Assembly: GCA_937132035.1 (NCBI GenBank)
Contig: CAKZOA010000022.1
Span: forward strand, 1-61,995
DNA length: 61,995 bases
Direction: 5' to 3'
Source: an uncultured Desulfobulbaceae bacterium
GTDB taxonomy: Bacteria > Desulfobacterota > Desulfobulbia > Desulfobulbales > Desulfocapsaceae
Part shown: in pieces, positions 29,328 through 39,496 of the stretch
Position numbering within the stretch: the stretch's first letter is position 1
How the letters are laid out: the number at the start of each line of letters is the position of its first letter
The notes under the pieces: model-generated
What the model saw: only the letters and a program-made list of their open reading frames with translations
Database searches by the model: none
What the model was told of the DNA's origin: nothing
Made by a program: the position numbers and the translations under genes

Positions 29328-30722
29328 TCATCGCAACAGACGGCGGACGGATGATGAAAGTGATATTTCGCCACCGGTCACATAGGCTTCGTGGTTTTTT
29401 TCTATGTCGCGGAGATCGTAGAGGTAATTCACCATAAGACCGGCCGACTGGTCCAATCCCTTGCTGGAGAGGTCGGCTCCCCAGTTAATGCGCTCGATAC
29501 GGGCGCCATTGGTCAGATGGAAATTGGCCACCGGGTCATAGGCACGACCATCCCGTTTCGCGTTGCGCAGATAATGAGCGCAGAGGCTCAAAACCTGGGG
29601 TTTGAGTTGCCGGTGGGTATCCCTGTTGACAGGTGCGGCCTGGCGGCGCAGTATCTTTCCCAGGGTCATGCCATCAATGCTCTCCTGCAGAACGAGGTCC
29701 ATGACCGCTTCTTCGTCTTTTTCCAGCCCGTCACTCTTTCGATGTTTGCGCAGCCACTGCACAAACTGCGGGATGGGCGAGAGGGTGCAGAAATTTCTCA
29801 GATTGGGCATCTTCACCGCCAGGTCTGCAACGACCCTTTTTATCAGAAAATTGCCGAAACTGACACCTGCCAACCCTTTCTGGCAGTTTGAAATAGAATA
29901 GAATATGGCGGTATCGGCCTCTGCGGGATCCACCGTCCGTCCGCTGACATCGAGAAGGGCCTGGACATTGTCGCTGATGCCGTTGACCAGCGCGACCTCC
30001 ACGAAGATGAGGGGCTCATCAGGCATGCGCGGATGAAAAAAGGCATAGCAGAGCCTGTCCTCCTTGAGCCTGTGTTTAAGGTCCTTCCAGGAGCGAATCT
30101 CATGAACGGCCTCGTATTCGATGAGCTTTTCAAGAACGGCTGCCGGAGTCCTCCAGGTGATCTGCTGCAGATCGAGAAAGCCCACATCGAACCAGGAACT
30201 GAGCAGACGGTAGACATCGAGATCAAGGGCCTTCAGCCCTTCGTCCTGACGAGCCCAGCGCATAAGCTCAACCCGCAGGTCGACGAGAAACTTGACCCCC
30301 TCCTCCAGCTCGTTGAACTGACGAAGAAGATCGGCCCTGGGCGGCTCGAGAAGGTCGCGCAGAATGATCGTCGCCCGCTGCCGCTCCTCCGGGCTTGCAG
30401 CCTGCCTTCTTTGTTGAATGGCCTCTTCGACGCGCTCGTTGTCGACGTCATATTCCGCAGCAAGCAGTTTGAGAAACCGGCGCCGTCCTTCCTCGTTGAG
30501 AACGGAGTAGGTTCTGCCCAGTTCAGCAGCATGGGCGCGAGCAGAGACCTCGCCGCCTTTTTCCTGCAGGCAGGTATCTATCTTCTTACGCAGTCGGGGC
30601 AGGTCGGTTTCTGGCAGATCGGCGGCGAACCGGCCCCTGCCCCCACCGTTTTCCCCAAATGACCAGATATCCTGAATCCTGCGCAGGGTCCTCTCCCATA
30701 AAGGCTCCTGAGTCTCGCTCAT
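29328..30722 (-). CDS. Malonyl-CoA decarboxylase
   Basis: EKLIEYEAVHEI, EPLIFVEVAL, FYSISNCQKGLAGVSFGNFLIKRVV, TLSPIP, DPVANFHLTNGA. Confidence 0.93.
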   Translation of the reverse strand: MSETQEPLWERTLRRIQDIWSFGENGGGRGRFAADLPETDLPRLRKKIDTCLQEKGGEVSARAHAAELGRTYSVLNEEGRRRFLKLLAAEYDVDNERVEEAIQQRRQAASPEERQRATIILRDLLEPPRADLLRQFNELEEGVKFLVDLRVELMRWARQDEGLKALDLDVYRLLSSWFDVGFLDLQQITWRTPAAVLEKLIEYEAVHEIRSWKDLKHRLKEDRLCYAFFHPRMPDEPLIFVEVALVNGISDNVQALLDVSGRTVDPAEADTAIFYSISNCQKGLAGVSFGNFLIKRVVADLAVKMPNLRNFCTLSPIPQFVQWLRKHRKSDGLEKDEEAVMDLVLQESIDGMTLGKILRRQAAPVNRDTHRQLKPQVLSLCAHYLRNAKRDGRAYDPVANFHLTNGARIERINWGADLSSKGLDQSAGLMVNYLYDLRDIEKNHEAYVTGGEISLSSSVRRLLR

Positions 30723-30899
30723 CCGTTTTCCTCATGATGGTGTGGCGCGTTCAACCGGAGCAGAGGCGCATGTCTGAAAAACGCCTTACCTGCCACTGCC
30801 TGCACAAAAAATCATATCTGCTCATCCTTGAAAAGGCAAGGACTGGGACGTTAATTCCGACGATGGAATCGTCACAGATTCAGGCCTGCGCGACACGAC

Positions 30900-31250
30900 T
30901 CAATTGTCCGCTTCCAGCTGTTTTATTCGGTTGACGAGATCATCGAGGGAGGAACAGGAGGCCAGCTCCTCTTTGGCAATGGCGATGTCGAGAGTATTGT
31001 CCTTTTTGAGGACCAGTGGGTAATCCATCTTCATGTCATAACGCTTTTCAAATTCGTCCCTGTGGAGAAACTCCATCTCCGTACTGGAGTTATTTCGGAA
31101 AGTCTTCCATTGGGGATTCTCCCGAAAGGTTCCGTGCGTCAGACTGCAGAGGAAACAGTCATAGGTCTGTGGGCTGAAGAGTTTGTGGCCGATGTCCTTG
31201 ACGGTATTAACCATACCGCTGTCGGCGTTGTAGACAAAGATCAGTTTCAT
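30900..31250 (-). CDS. Conserved hypothetical protein
   Basis: MKLIFVYNADSG...HKLFSPQTYDCFLCSLTHG...FLHRDEF. AGGAG RBS. Confidence 0.75.
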   Translation of the reverse strand: MKLIFVYNADSGMVNTVKDIGHKLFSPQTYDCFLCSLTHGTFRENPQWKTFRNNSSTEMEFLHRDEFEKRYDMKMDYPLVLKKDNTLDIAIAKEELASCSSLDDLVNRIKQLEADN

Positions 31251-31521
31251 CTCATCGTTTCTCCTTGTGTGAAGCTGTAGGTATTGCAGCGCCGCAGCCA
31301 ACACAGGAGCCGCGAGAACAGGTCATTACTGCCTTTTCCTTTACGCCTAAGGTCATTACTCCATCTGTAAAACTATTGTTTCCACCATCGGAATAGGGTA
31401 CATAGATGACTTAGCCAGACTATAAGCATCGGTCACTGATCTGCCAGAAGACAGGGTGACCGGCGCATTGAAAAAGCGTTTTCCTCCTGCGGCCGAGGCG
31501 CCGCCGCTGAAAGAAAAAGAA

Positions 31522-32451
31522 ATGACATCACAGCATATACAGGCCCCTGCCGCCGTCGTTATGATCAGGCCGCATAGATTCCACTGCAATCCTGAAACAG
31601 CGGTAGACAATGCCTTCCAGCGCGATGAACAGGGGCTCGAAGCCGATGAGACGGCCCAGCAGGCCTTCGAGGAGGTGACCGCCGCCGCCACCCGGCTTGA
31701 GAACCAAGGTGTCCGCGTGCACATTTTCGAGGACCGCGGTGAAAAAGACACGCCCGATTCGGTTTTCCCCAACAACTGGTTTTCAACCCACCCCGGCGGT
31801 CATGTGGCTCTCTTTCCGATGTTTTCGCCAAGCAGGCGGCGAGAGCGACGTAGCGACATCATTGAAATGCTCAAGGCAGAGTATCGGGTTCAGGACGTGA
31901 TCGACTATTCAAGCCTTGAATATGACAATCTTTTTCTCGAGGGTACCGGCGCCATGGTTCTCGATCATGTTGCCCGTATTGCCTATACCGCCAGATCCAA
32001 TCGAGCCGATGCTATCGCCCTGGAGCGGTTCTGTACGCATTTCAATTTCGAACCCATGGCCTTTGCCACAGCCGATGAAAACGGCAGACCAATATATCAT
32101 ACCAACGTCATGATGTGCATCGCCGCCGAATTCGCCATGGTCGGTTTCGATATCATCGAGGATCCTCGACGTCGACGGGAAATCCGCAGCCGCCTGGCGG
32201 AAATGGGACGCAGCATTGTCGAACTCAGCAACTACCAGATCGGTGAGTTTGCCGGCAACGCCCTTGAGCTCTCCACTGCCGGCGGCAGAATCCTGGCAAT
32301 ATCGGCACGGGCGGCAGCGGCTCTCACCGACGACCAGAAAAAACAAATCGAGGAGTCGGCTAGAATCGTCGAACTATCGGTGCCGACCATTGAACTTGCC
32401 GGTGGTTCGATCCGCTGCATGCTCGCCGGCATCCATCTGGCCAGGCGCTAG
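31522..32451 (+). CDS. Amidinotransferase-family citrulline utilization hydrolase (CtlX-like)
   Basis: TPDSVFPNNWFSTH, FLEGTGAMVLDH, YHTNVMM, GGSIRCM. Confidence 0.88.
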   Translation: MTSQHIQAPAAVVMIRPHRFHCNPETAVDNAFQRDEQGLEADETAQQAFEEVTAAATRLENQGVRVHIFEDRGEKDTPDSVFPNNWFSTHPGGHVALFPMFSPSRRRERRSDIIEMLKAEYRVQDVIDYSSLEYDNLFLEGTGAMVLDHVARIAYTARSNRADAIALERFCTHFNFEPMAFATADENGRPIYHTNVMMCIAAEFAMVGFDIIEDPRRRREIRSRLAEMGRSIVELSNYQIGEFAGNALELSTAGGRILAISARAAAALTDDQKKQIEESARIVELSVPTIELAGGSIRCMLAGIHLARR

Positions 32452-32537
32452 TTGCGTAGTTGCATGCTGCGCACAACAGGTATTTGAATCTCCATCAATC
32501 TAATAAAATACTCGGCTTCTTGGAGAACCGGAAGAAC

Positions 32538-33449
32538 ATGTCACTGCACACCACCATCGCCACAACACAAAAAATGCTCACGGAATGCGCCGTTTCCGAA
32601 AGACTGGGACGTATCGATTCGATAGAACTCCATCCGACGCTGTTTTTGTCGCCGCTGATCTATGACCCCCTTGGCAGCCGGCAGTTGCGCGAGATTTACC
32701 GCCAGTACCGCCAGACGGCCCTTGACGCCTCTCTTCCCATGCTGCTCTGCGCCCCTACCTGGAGGCTGGACAAGATGCGCCTGGAAGAGGCGGGCTACGA
32801 CCACACGCTCATTGCCGACAGCGTTGCCTTCATGCGTGAGCTGCAAAACGGGTGGCAACAGCAAAACTCGCCCCTTTTTCTTGGCAGCTACATTGGCCCG
32901 AAAAATGACTGTTATTCCCCTGAGCAGGGCCTTTCTGCGGATGAGGCGGAGCTCTTTCACGGCTGGCAGGCAGAGAGGCTGGCAGAATCGGGGGGAGACT
33001 GCGTCGTCAGCCAGACCATACCGACGGTTTCCGAAGCCGCGGGCATAGCACGAGCCCTTGCCGCCTGCTCCATGCCGGCCATTATCAGCTTTGTGATAAA
33101 CCGCCGTGGCGAGGTACTCGACTCAACACCACTGGCCGAGGCCATCGACACAATCGATTCACAGTCATCCAAACCGCCGCTGGGCTATATGGTCAACTGC
33201 GTGTACCCGACATTTGTCTGCGCCGAGAAACAGCCCCCGTCACTTTTTAATAGATTGATAGGTATCCAGGCCAACAGCTCCTCGCTGGATCACAGCGAAC
33301 TCGACGGATCCGAGATTCTCCACCGCGACGATCTGCACCATTGGGGCGAGTCTATGCTCCGCCTCAACCGAGAGTACGGCGTCAAAATTCTCGGCGGCTG
33401 CTGTGGCACCGACAACTCCTACCTACGCTTTCTTGCTGAAAATGATTGA
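32538..33449 (+). CDS. Homocysteine S-methyltransferase family protein
   Basis: IGPKNDCY, YMVNC, ILGGCCGT (Zn ligands). Confidence 0.88.
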   Translation: MSLHTTIATTQKMLTECAVSERLGRIDSIELHPTLFLSPLIYDPLGSRQLREIYRQYRQTALDASLPMLLCAPTWRLDKMRLEEAGYDHTLIADSVAFMRELQNGWQQQNSPLFLGSYIGPKNDCYSPEQGLSADEAELFHGWQAERLAESGGDCVVSQTIPTVSEAAGIARALAACSMPAIISFVINRRGEVLDSTPLAEAIDTIDSQSSKPPLGYMVNCVYPTFVCAEKQPPSLFNRLIGIQANSSSLDHSELDGSEILHRDDLHHWGESMLRLNREYGVKILGGCCGTDNSYLRFLAEND

Positions 33450-33689
33450 TGATGGTGAAAAAAAATCCCTCCCTCCATCCACCTTATGGCTGGTAAAAGG
33501 TCTTGCAGGATTGTGTTTTTTCCCTAAAGATATAAATACAACAGTCGTTTCCACCGGCAGCCAAGCATATAGCCGCCGTGCTGGGGCGCCTTGTTGTTCT
33601 GCCCTTTTTTATTGAGTCGGTGAGAAAACTCTTACCTAGTGACTCTCACCCAGGACTATTACCCCACCGAGTACTCTAAGGAGTGAATT

Positions 33690-34478
33690 ATGCGATGCCA
33701 TGAAGTTGATTATGAAATTATCGGCCATGATATGCAGATGGTCGAAGTGGAACTCGACCCCGGCGAGACCGTCGTTGCCGAAGCCGGCGCCATGAATTAT
33801 ATGGATGACGGCATCGACTACCAGGCCAAAATGGGCGACGGTTCCGAGCCGGACCAGGGGTTCATGGGGAAAATTTTTTCCGCCGGCAAGCGGGCCATTA
33901 CCGGTGAATCTCTGTTTATGACCCATTTCACCAATAACGGCTCGGGCAAGAAACGGGTCGCCTTTGCCGCACCCTTTCCCGGAACCATTATCCCGGTGAA
34001 TATGGCCCAGGCCGGAGAGCAGCTCTTCTGCCAGAAAGACTCGTTTCTCTGCGCCGCCCTGGGAACCAAAATCGACATCGCCTTCCAGCGCAGGCTCGGT
34101 TCCGGTTTTTTCGGCGGTGAGGGCTTTATTCTTCAACGGCTCCATGGCGACGGCATGGCCTTCATCCACGCCGGCGGCACCATCGTTGAAAAACGGCTGC
34201 AGGGAGAAACCCTGCGCGTGGATACCGGCTGCATAGCTGCCTTTACCGGCAACATTGACTACGACATCACCATGGTCAAGGGGCTCAAGTCGATGTTCTT
34301 CGGCGGAGAGGGTCTTTTTCTGGCAACACTCTCTGGACACGGTACCGTCTGGCTGCAGAGCCTGCCCTTTTCACGACTGGCCGATAGGATTCTCCAGCAC
34401 GCTCCTTCCGCCGGCGGCAAATCACAGGGTGAAGGCAGCGTCCTCGGCGGCCTGGGTCGAATCCTCGACGGAAAGTAA
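33690..34478 (+). CDS. TIGR00266/AIM24 family protein
   Basis: [41 protein letters not shown]. Confidence 0.92.
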   Translation: MRCHEVDYEIIGHDMQMVEVELDPGETVVAEAGAMNYMDDGIDYQAKMGDGSEPDQGFMGKIFSAGKRAITGESLFMTHFTNNGSGKKRVAFAAPFPGTIIPVNMAQAGEQLFCQKDSFLCAALGTKIDIAFQRRLGSGFFGGEGFILQRLHGDGMAFIHAGGTIVEKRLQGETLRVDTGCIAAFTGNIDYDITMVKGLKSMFFGGEGLFLATLSGHGTVWLQSLPFSRLADRILQHAPSAGGKSQGEGSVLGGLGRILDGK

Positions 34479-34659
34479 CCTCTTTTCACCGTCCCGGCCT
34501 TCATATCTCAACCGGCCGGGACCGGCGGTCATAGCGGCACCCTGGCTCAAGCATACCGAACGGGAAGGGGAAGGTTTTGCATTTGCGCTTTCTTCTGTGT
34601 ATAGTGGCCTGCTGCAATTATTGGAAGCACCCATGTTTTTGATTTCTGATTACCTATGA

Positions 34660-34729
34660 GTTTCAGCCAATCTCATACTGGTGCTCTGGAGATACCCATC
34701 TCCAGTGTCTGAACAGAAAGCTGAGTTTC
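34660..34729. repeat. Dispersed hairpin repeat, copy 1
   Basis: GTTTCAGCCA.TCTCATACTGGTG...CTCCAGTG..TGAAC.G.AAGCTGAGTTTC, shared with 58047-58111. Confidence 0.7.
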
Positions 34730-34764
34730 ATACGTAATCGGTCGTAATTTATCATTTACGAGGT

Positions 34765-35178
34765 ATGCCCATGGCACTTATTTACTGGATGCCTGATTTC
34801 AACACCGGTATAGAAATAATAGACCAGCAGCACCATCTGCTCGTCGATATCATCAATGAACTGCACCAGGCTCACAGCGAAGGCAGGGACCAGCAGATTC
34901 TGTTCAAGCTCCTCGGTAAACTCGGCATGTACGCCACTTCCCATTTCGCCAGGGAAGAACATTTTTTTGAAGTGCACGGCTATCCCGATCTCGAGGAACA
35001 TCTGCAGGAGCACAATTATTTCGAAGATATGCTCTTTCAATTCGAAGACGAATACAAGGCAGGAAAACAGGATCTTACCTTTAATGTTCTCATGTTTCTC
35101 AGCGACTGGCTGGTAAACCACATCAATGGCAGCGACCAGCAGTACGTCCCTTTCCTCAAATCCAAGGGTGTGACCTGA
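34765..35178 (+). CDS. Bacteriohemerythrin
   Basis: W...TGIEIIDQQH, HFAREE, HLQEH, WLVNHINGSD. Confidence 0.92.
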   Translation: MPMALIYWMPDFNTGIEIIDQQHHLLVDIINELHQAHSEGRDQQILFKLLGKLGMYATSHFAREEHFFEVHGYPDLEEHLQEHNYFEDMLFQFEDEYKAGKQDLTFNVLMFLSDWLVNHINGSDQQYVPFLKSKGVT

Positions 35179-35334
35179 ACGCCCGTCCATACCTCCTGCG
35201 CGACAACTCTCCACCACCCTTTCTGGGCCAGCCCGGACTCCATCCTTGGGCAAAAGAAAGCAGATCCACCACTGCCATTGCCTACAAAAATGATTAGCGT
35301 CATACTTGACGAACGTTTTTTTCCTGAAAGGCAG

Positions 35335-36699
35335 ATGATACAAAAAAACCAGGACATACTTCGCCGCTCCAGAAGGCTCTGCCAGGGTAAACGCGGAAAC
35401 GGCCCGATAGTCTACTGGATGGAGCGCGATCAGCGTCTCATTGACAACTGGGCACTGCTTTTTGCCAGACAGGAAGCCCTGATACGGCACAAGCCCCTGC
35501 ATGTGATATACTGTCTCACCGACGACGAGTTGGACGCAACCTCAGGCCGACAGGACTTCTCTCTGGCTGGACTGTCGGAGATCCGGCAGCAGGCGTGCGG
35601 GCTCAATATCGGTTTCGAGATATTTCTCGGAGCCGCTGACGCCGTTCTGCCCCCTCTGCTCAAGGCCAATGACTGTCACCTGCTGGTTACCGACCACTCT
35701 CCTCTGCGCCATAAGCAGCAGATGTGCGAGAGGATCGGAGAGGCAATCGCCATCCCTTTTTTCGAGGTGGATGCCCACAATATCATCCCCTCCTGGATAC
35801 TTTCCGACAAAAAAGAGTACGCTGCATACACACTACGCCCCAAAGTCCGGCGCCTGCTTGATGATTTCCTCAGCGATTTTCCCCAACTGATCAGCCACCC
35901 GCTTGCTCCGGTATCAATTGCTCTCCCTGCGCAGCCCCGCTTGGAAAAAGACCGGCACACACGGCGAAAGATCGGCCAATTCACCTCCGGAACCTCAGAA
36001 GCCCACAAACGCATGCAGGGCTTTGTCAATGACGATCTGCAGCGATATGAACAAGAGCGCAACGATCCCACCGGCGATGCACAGTCCGATCTTTCCCCCT
36101 ATCTCCACAGCGGCCAACTGGCACCGCAGCGGCTGGCGCTGGCAATAGATGCCGCCAACACCAACCAGCAGAGCAAAGAAGCCTTTCTCGAAGAGCTGAT
36201 TGTCCGTCGGGAACTGGCCGAAAATTTCTGTTTCTACGAGCCCAGTTACGACAGCTTCGAGGGCTTTCCCGGCTGGGCGCAAAAGACGCTCAACGAACAC
36301 CGTCAGGACAAACGCCGCCATCTCTACACCCTCGAGGAGCTGGAAAAGTCCGAAACTCATGAAGCTCTGTGGAACTGCTGTCAGCAGGACCTGAGAGACT
36401 CTCACAAGCTGCACGGTTTTCTGCGAATGTACTGGGCCAAGAAAATTCTTGAGTGGACCGCCTCTCCGGAAGAAGCGCTGGACTATGCCAATTTCCTCAA
36501 CGACAAATATTCGCTGGACGGCTGTGACCCGAACGGCTATACCGGAACCGCCTGGTCCATAGGCGGCGTTCATGACCGGGCCTGGCAGGAAAGGGAGGTG
36601 TTCGGCAAGATCCGCTACATGAACGAAAGGGGCTGCAGGAGAAAGTTTAAAGTTGACAACTACATAACCGCCCACTGCGGCGACAGCGACAGGGGGTGA
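35335..36699 (+). CDS. phr: Class II CPD photolyase
   Basis: YWMERDQRLIDNWAL, EVDAHNII, LSPYLHSGQ, HGFLRMYWAKKILEW, WSIGGVHDRAW, FGKIRYM. Confidence 0.92.
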   Translation: MIQKNQDILRRSRRLCQGKRGNGPIVYWMERDQRLIDNWALLFARQEALIRHKPLHVIYCLTDDELDATSGRQDFSLAGLSEIRQQACGLNIGFEIFLGAADAVLPPLLKANDCHLLVTDHSPLRHKQQMCERIGEAIAIPFFEVDAHNIIPSWILSDKKEYAAYTLRPKVRRLLDDFLSDFPQLISHPLAPVSIALPAQPRLEKDRHTRRKIGQFTSGTSEAHKRMQGFVNDDLQRYEQERNDPTGDAQSDLSPYLHSGQLAPQRLALAIDAANTNQQSKEAFLEELIVRRELAENFCFYEPSYDSFEGFPGWAQKTLNEHRQDKRRHLYTLEELEKSETHEALWNCCQQDLRDSHKLHGFLRMYWAKKILEWTASPEEALDYANFLNDKYSLDGCDPNGYTGTAWSIGGVHDRAWQEREVFGKIRYMNERGCRRKFKVDNYITAHCGDSDRG

Positions 36700-36845
36700 A
36701 GGGCCTTCTCTCGCAGTTTTGCTGCATTGCTGCTTTCTTCAGGGCAGCTGAACTTTTCGCACAGGGAGAAGTGCTCTGAAGAAAGGAGACAGGAAGACCG
36801 CGTTGAGCTTTTGACGCTCTGTTTTCGGGCTGGCAAAAAAGAGAA

Positions 36846-36920
<75 letters not shown>

Positions 36921-36954
36921 TCTTAGAGAAGATGGATACCAAAGATGGATGCCT

Positions 36955-36983
36955 TTATTACCAAAGGAAGCCGGTGAAGTCAA
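36955..36983 (-). promoter_or_regulatory. sigma70 promoter of tRNA-Gly
   Basis: TTGACT-17 nt-TAATAA, about 35 nt upstream of the tRNA. Confidence 0.55.
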
Positions 36984-37049
36984 GACCCAAGCCGGATAAT
37001 TTGCAAAAATCACTGTCACCAGTCCTCCTTTTCACCAGCCCATCCGATC

Positions 37050-38453
37050 TCACCCCCCTCTCGTGGTATCTAGGCCAGACGGAGTAGCTGCATTCATGCT
37101 GGCGTGAATCCTTCTCGCCTCCGGCGTTGTCGACAGGCCACCCTTGCAGGTGCAGCAAAAGCGCTTATCCATGCCCTCGCCTACCTCCCGCATGGCCTGT
37201 ATCACCTGGCCCAGGGGGATGACATGGGCATAACCGGCCAGAGCCATGTTGGCTGCGGCCACAGCGTTGAGCGCTGCCATGATGTTCTTGCCGAGACAGG
37301 GGACCTCGACGCGGTCGGCAACCGGGTCGCAGATCAGCCCCATGGTATTCTGCATTGCCATGGAGGCAGCGTTCATGGCGGTTTGGCCATCCCCGCCCAT
37401 CAGCTCAACCAGGGCTGCCGCCGTCATGCCCGAAGCCGAACCGCACTCATACTGGCAGCCGCCTTCTTCTGCAGCAAACCCTCCTGCCCTGGCAATAAAC
37501 ACGCCAATCAGGCCTGCGGCGAGTACCGGTTGCGCCATACTCTCCGCCCCACCGTCCACTCTTTCGGCCACGGCCGTCAAAGTCCCGGCAAGGGTCCCAC
37601 AGGAACCGGCCGTCGGAGCGGCGGCGATGGTGCCCATGGCGCTTTTGGTCTCCATTACCGCCGTGACCGAAGCGATTATCGAATTGACCAGCTTCGAGGG
37701 GATGAGCAGCCCCTGCTGCTGAGCCGAGGCTATGCGGTCGGACTGGCGCGGCAGTATCCGGTCGTTATAATTGGTACCGGCAAGGCCGCTGGCGACGGAG
37801 TCTTTCATGACGGTAAAATGTTCAGCACCAAGCTCGACGACCCTTTGCACATCAATCTTGCCAAGAGCCGCTTCATAGGCGGACGCCCACCGTGACAGGC
37901 TGCCTCCCTGACCGGCGAGCAGATTTTCCAGTTCTTCGGGAGTGGCAAACGGCAGAGAGTCGCCGCCCTGTGGCTGTATGGGCAGCAGTGGGTGAACATA
38001 GATACTGTCGTCGACAACCGCTTCACCGTTGAGCTCAACGAGTCTGATGATGCCGCCGCCGGTGGACAGGGCAACGAGACTGATCTCAGCGCCACCGGCC
38101 CCTTTGACTGCAAGGTGATAGGTGTTGGGATGGGATATGGCCAATTTGGCGATGCGATAGAGCACTTCGATATCCTGCTCGCGGCAGATTCTCTCGGCAT
38201 CGACCATCCTCGAATCGGAAATGTCCATCTGTAAAAGACCGGCGGCCAGTCCCATAGCCGAGCCCTGTCCCCTGTAGGTTGAGGCAAGAGAGCCATCCGG
38301 ATCGAAGGTAGCCACCACCTGTCGCGGCTGCTCGTCCAGCAGCCTGCGAGCCAGCAAACCGATCCTGACGGCGGCCGCTGTATGAGAACTGCTTGGTCCC
38401 CGCATAATGGGACCGACAACATTGTTGAAGATCGACGGAAATGAAGTGCCCAT
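37050..38453 (-). CDS. Fe-S L-serine ammonia-lyase (beta and alpha subunits fused)
   Basis: GPIMRGPSSSHTAAAVRIG, STGGG, APTAGSCG, GGCQYECG, GLICDPV...VEVPC. Confidence 0.9.
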   Translation of the reverse strand: MGTSFPSIFNNVVGPIMRGPSSSHTAAAVRIGLLARRLLDEQPRQVVATFDPDGSLASTYRGQGSAMGLAAGLLQMDISDSRMVDAERICREQDIEVLYRIAKLAISHPNTYHLAVKGAGGAEISLVALSTGGGIIRLVELNGEAVVDDSIYVHPLLPIQPQGGDSLPFATPEELENLLAGQGGSLSRWASAYEAALGKIDVQRVVELGAEHFTVMKDSVASGLAGTNYNDRILPRQSDRIASAQQQGLLIPSKLVNSIIASVTAVMETKSAMGTIAAAPTAGSCGTLAGTLTAVAERVDGGAESMAQPVLAAGLIGVFIARAGGFAAEEGGCQYECGSASGMTAAALVELMGGDGQTAMNAASMAMQNTMGLICDPVADRVEVPCLGKNIMAALNAVAAANMALAGYAHVIPLGQVIQAMREVGEGMDKRFCCTCKGGLSTTPEARRIHASMNAATPSGLDTTRGG

Positions 38454-38479
38454 ATATTTATATATCCCCTTGTATCGTA

Positions 38480-39037
38480 TCAGTCCAGGTCGGCCACCAT
38501 GGCTCGGGCGACCTCCTTTTTCTTTTCCTGCCCCATTATCCAGCCCAGCAGCTCCAGAGAAAAATCCACGGCCGTGGCGGCGCCTCTGCTGGTGATGCAG
38601 TTGCCATCGACAACCACCTTGGCCGTCGACTCGGCGGCATTGCTGAGATCGGCAACGAAAAGCGGATGCCCCGTCGCCTTTTTCCCCTGTAGCAGGCCAT
38701 GGTGTTCAAGAACCACGGCGGGAGAGGCACAGATAGCACCATAAAACTTTCCGGCCTCCTGCTGCTTCTTGAGAATGGCGACCAGCGCCTTCGAATTGCG
38801 CAGATTCTCTGCGCCCGGAATACCACCGGGCAGCGCCACCAGGTCGTAGTCGACATCAATGCATTCCGCTATAAGCTTATCGGCGATAATCTTGACACCG
38901 TGGGATGAGGTAATTACCAGCTCTCCCACCGAGGCCAGGTCGACATCGGCTTCCGCTCTTCTGAAAACATCAACAATGCTGAGTGCTTCTATCATCTCTA
39001 TGCCATCAGCCAAGGGAACGAGTATTTTCGCGGCCAT
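38480..39037 (-). CDS. DJ-1/YajL/PfpI family protein
   Basis: LADGIEMIEA, LPGGIPGA, AICASP, ITSRG. GGAGG RBS before ATG 39037. Confidence 0.92.
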   Translation of the reverse strand: MAAKILVPLADGIEMIEALSIVDVFRRAEADVDLASVGELVITSSHGVKIIADKLIAECIDVDYDLVALPGGIPGAENLRNSKALVAILKKQQEAGKFYGAICASPAVVLEHHGLLQGKKATGHPLFVADLSNAAESTAKVVVDGNCITSRGAATAVDFSLELLGWIMGQEKKKEVARAMVADLD

Positions 39038-39496
39038 CTTCCCCTCCTGTGCAATCCGGCAGCTTCCTGCCGAAAGAGTTCGTGTTCGTCTCTGTAGTTG
39101 CAGCGAACCAGCACACCGCCGCCACGAGATGCTCCGTAATCGGGGACCTTTTTTCCCTGCAGAAAGTGTACAGCATCCCATCGCAACTCTGCACACTTTT
39201 TTCCCGCCTGGCAAGAAGTTCGTCAAAACCTGGAAAAATATCCAAGGCAGCCAGGCCCCTGGATATGCCGAAAGCCCCCACGAGCGAATTTCCTCTTCTC
39301 ATAAAATACACACCAGAGCTGCCATTATTGGGGAATGGCAATATTGAACCATGGCCTGGTATAGTCGGCAACGGTATGGTTTAATAAAGAGCGACGCATC
39401 CCGATGCCTCCTGTCGGGCTGCCTTGAGGATAAAGAATTTCGCCAGCGCGCCGGCCGCGGTGGGCTGCGACCATAAACAATACTTTTGCCCCGAGA

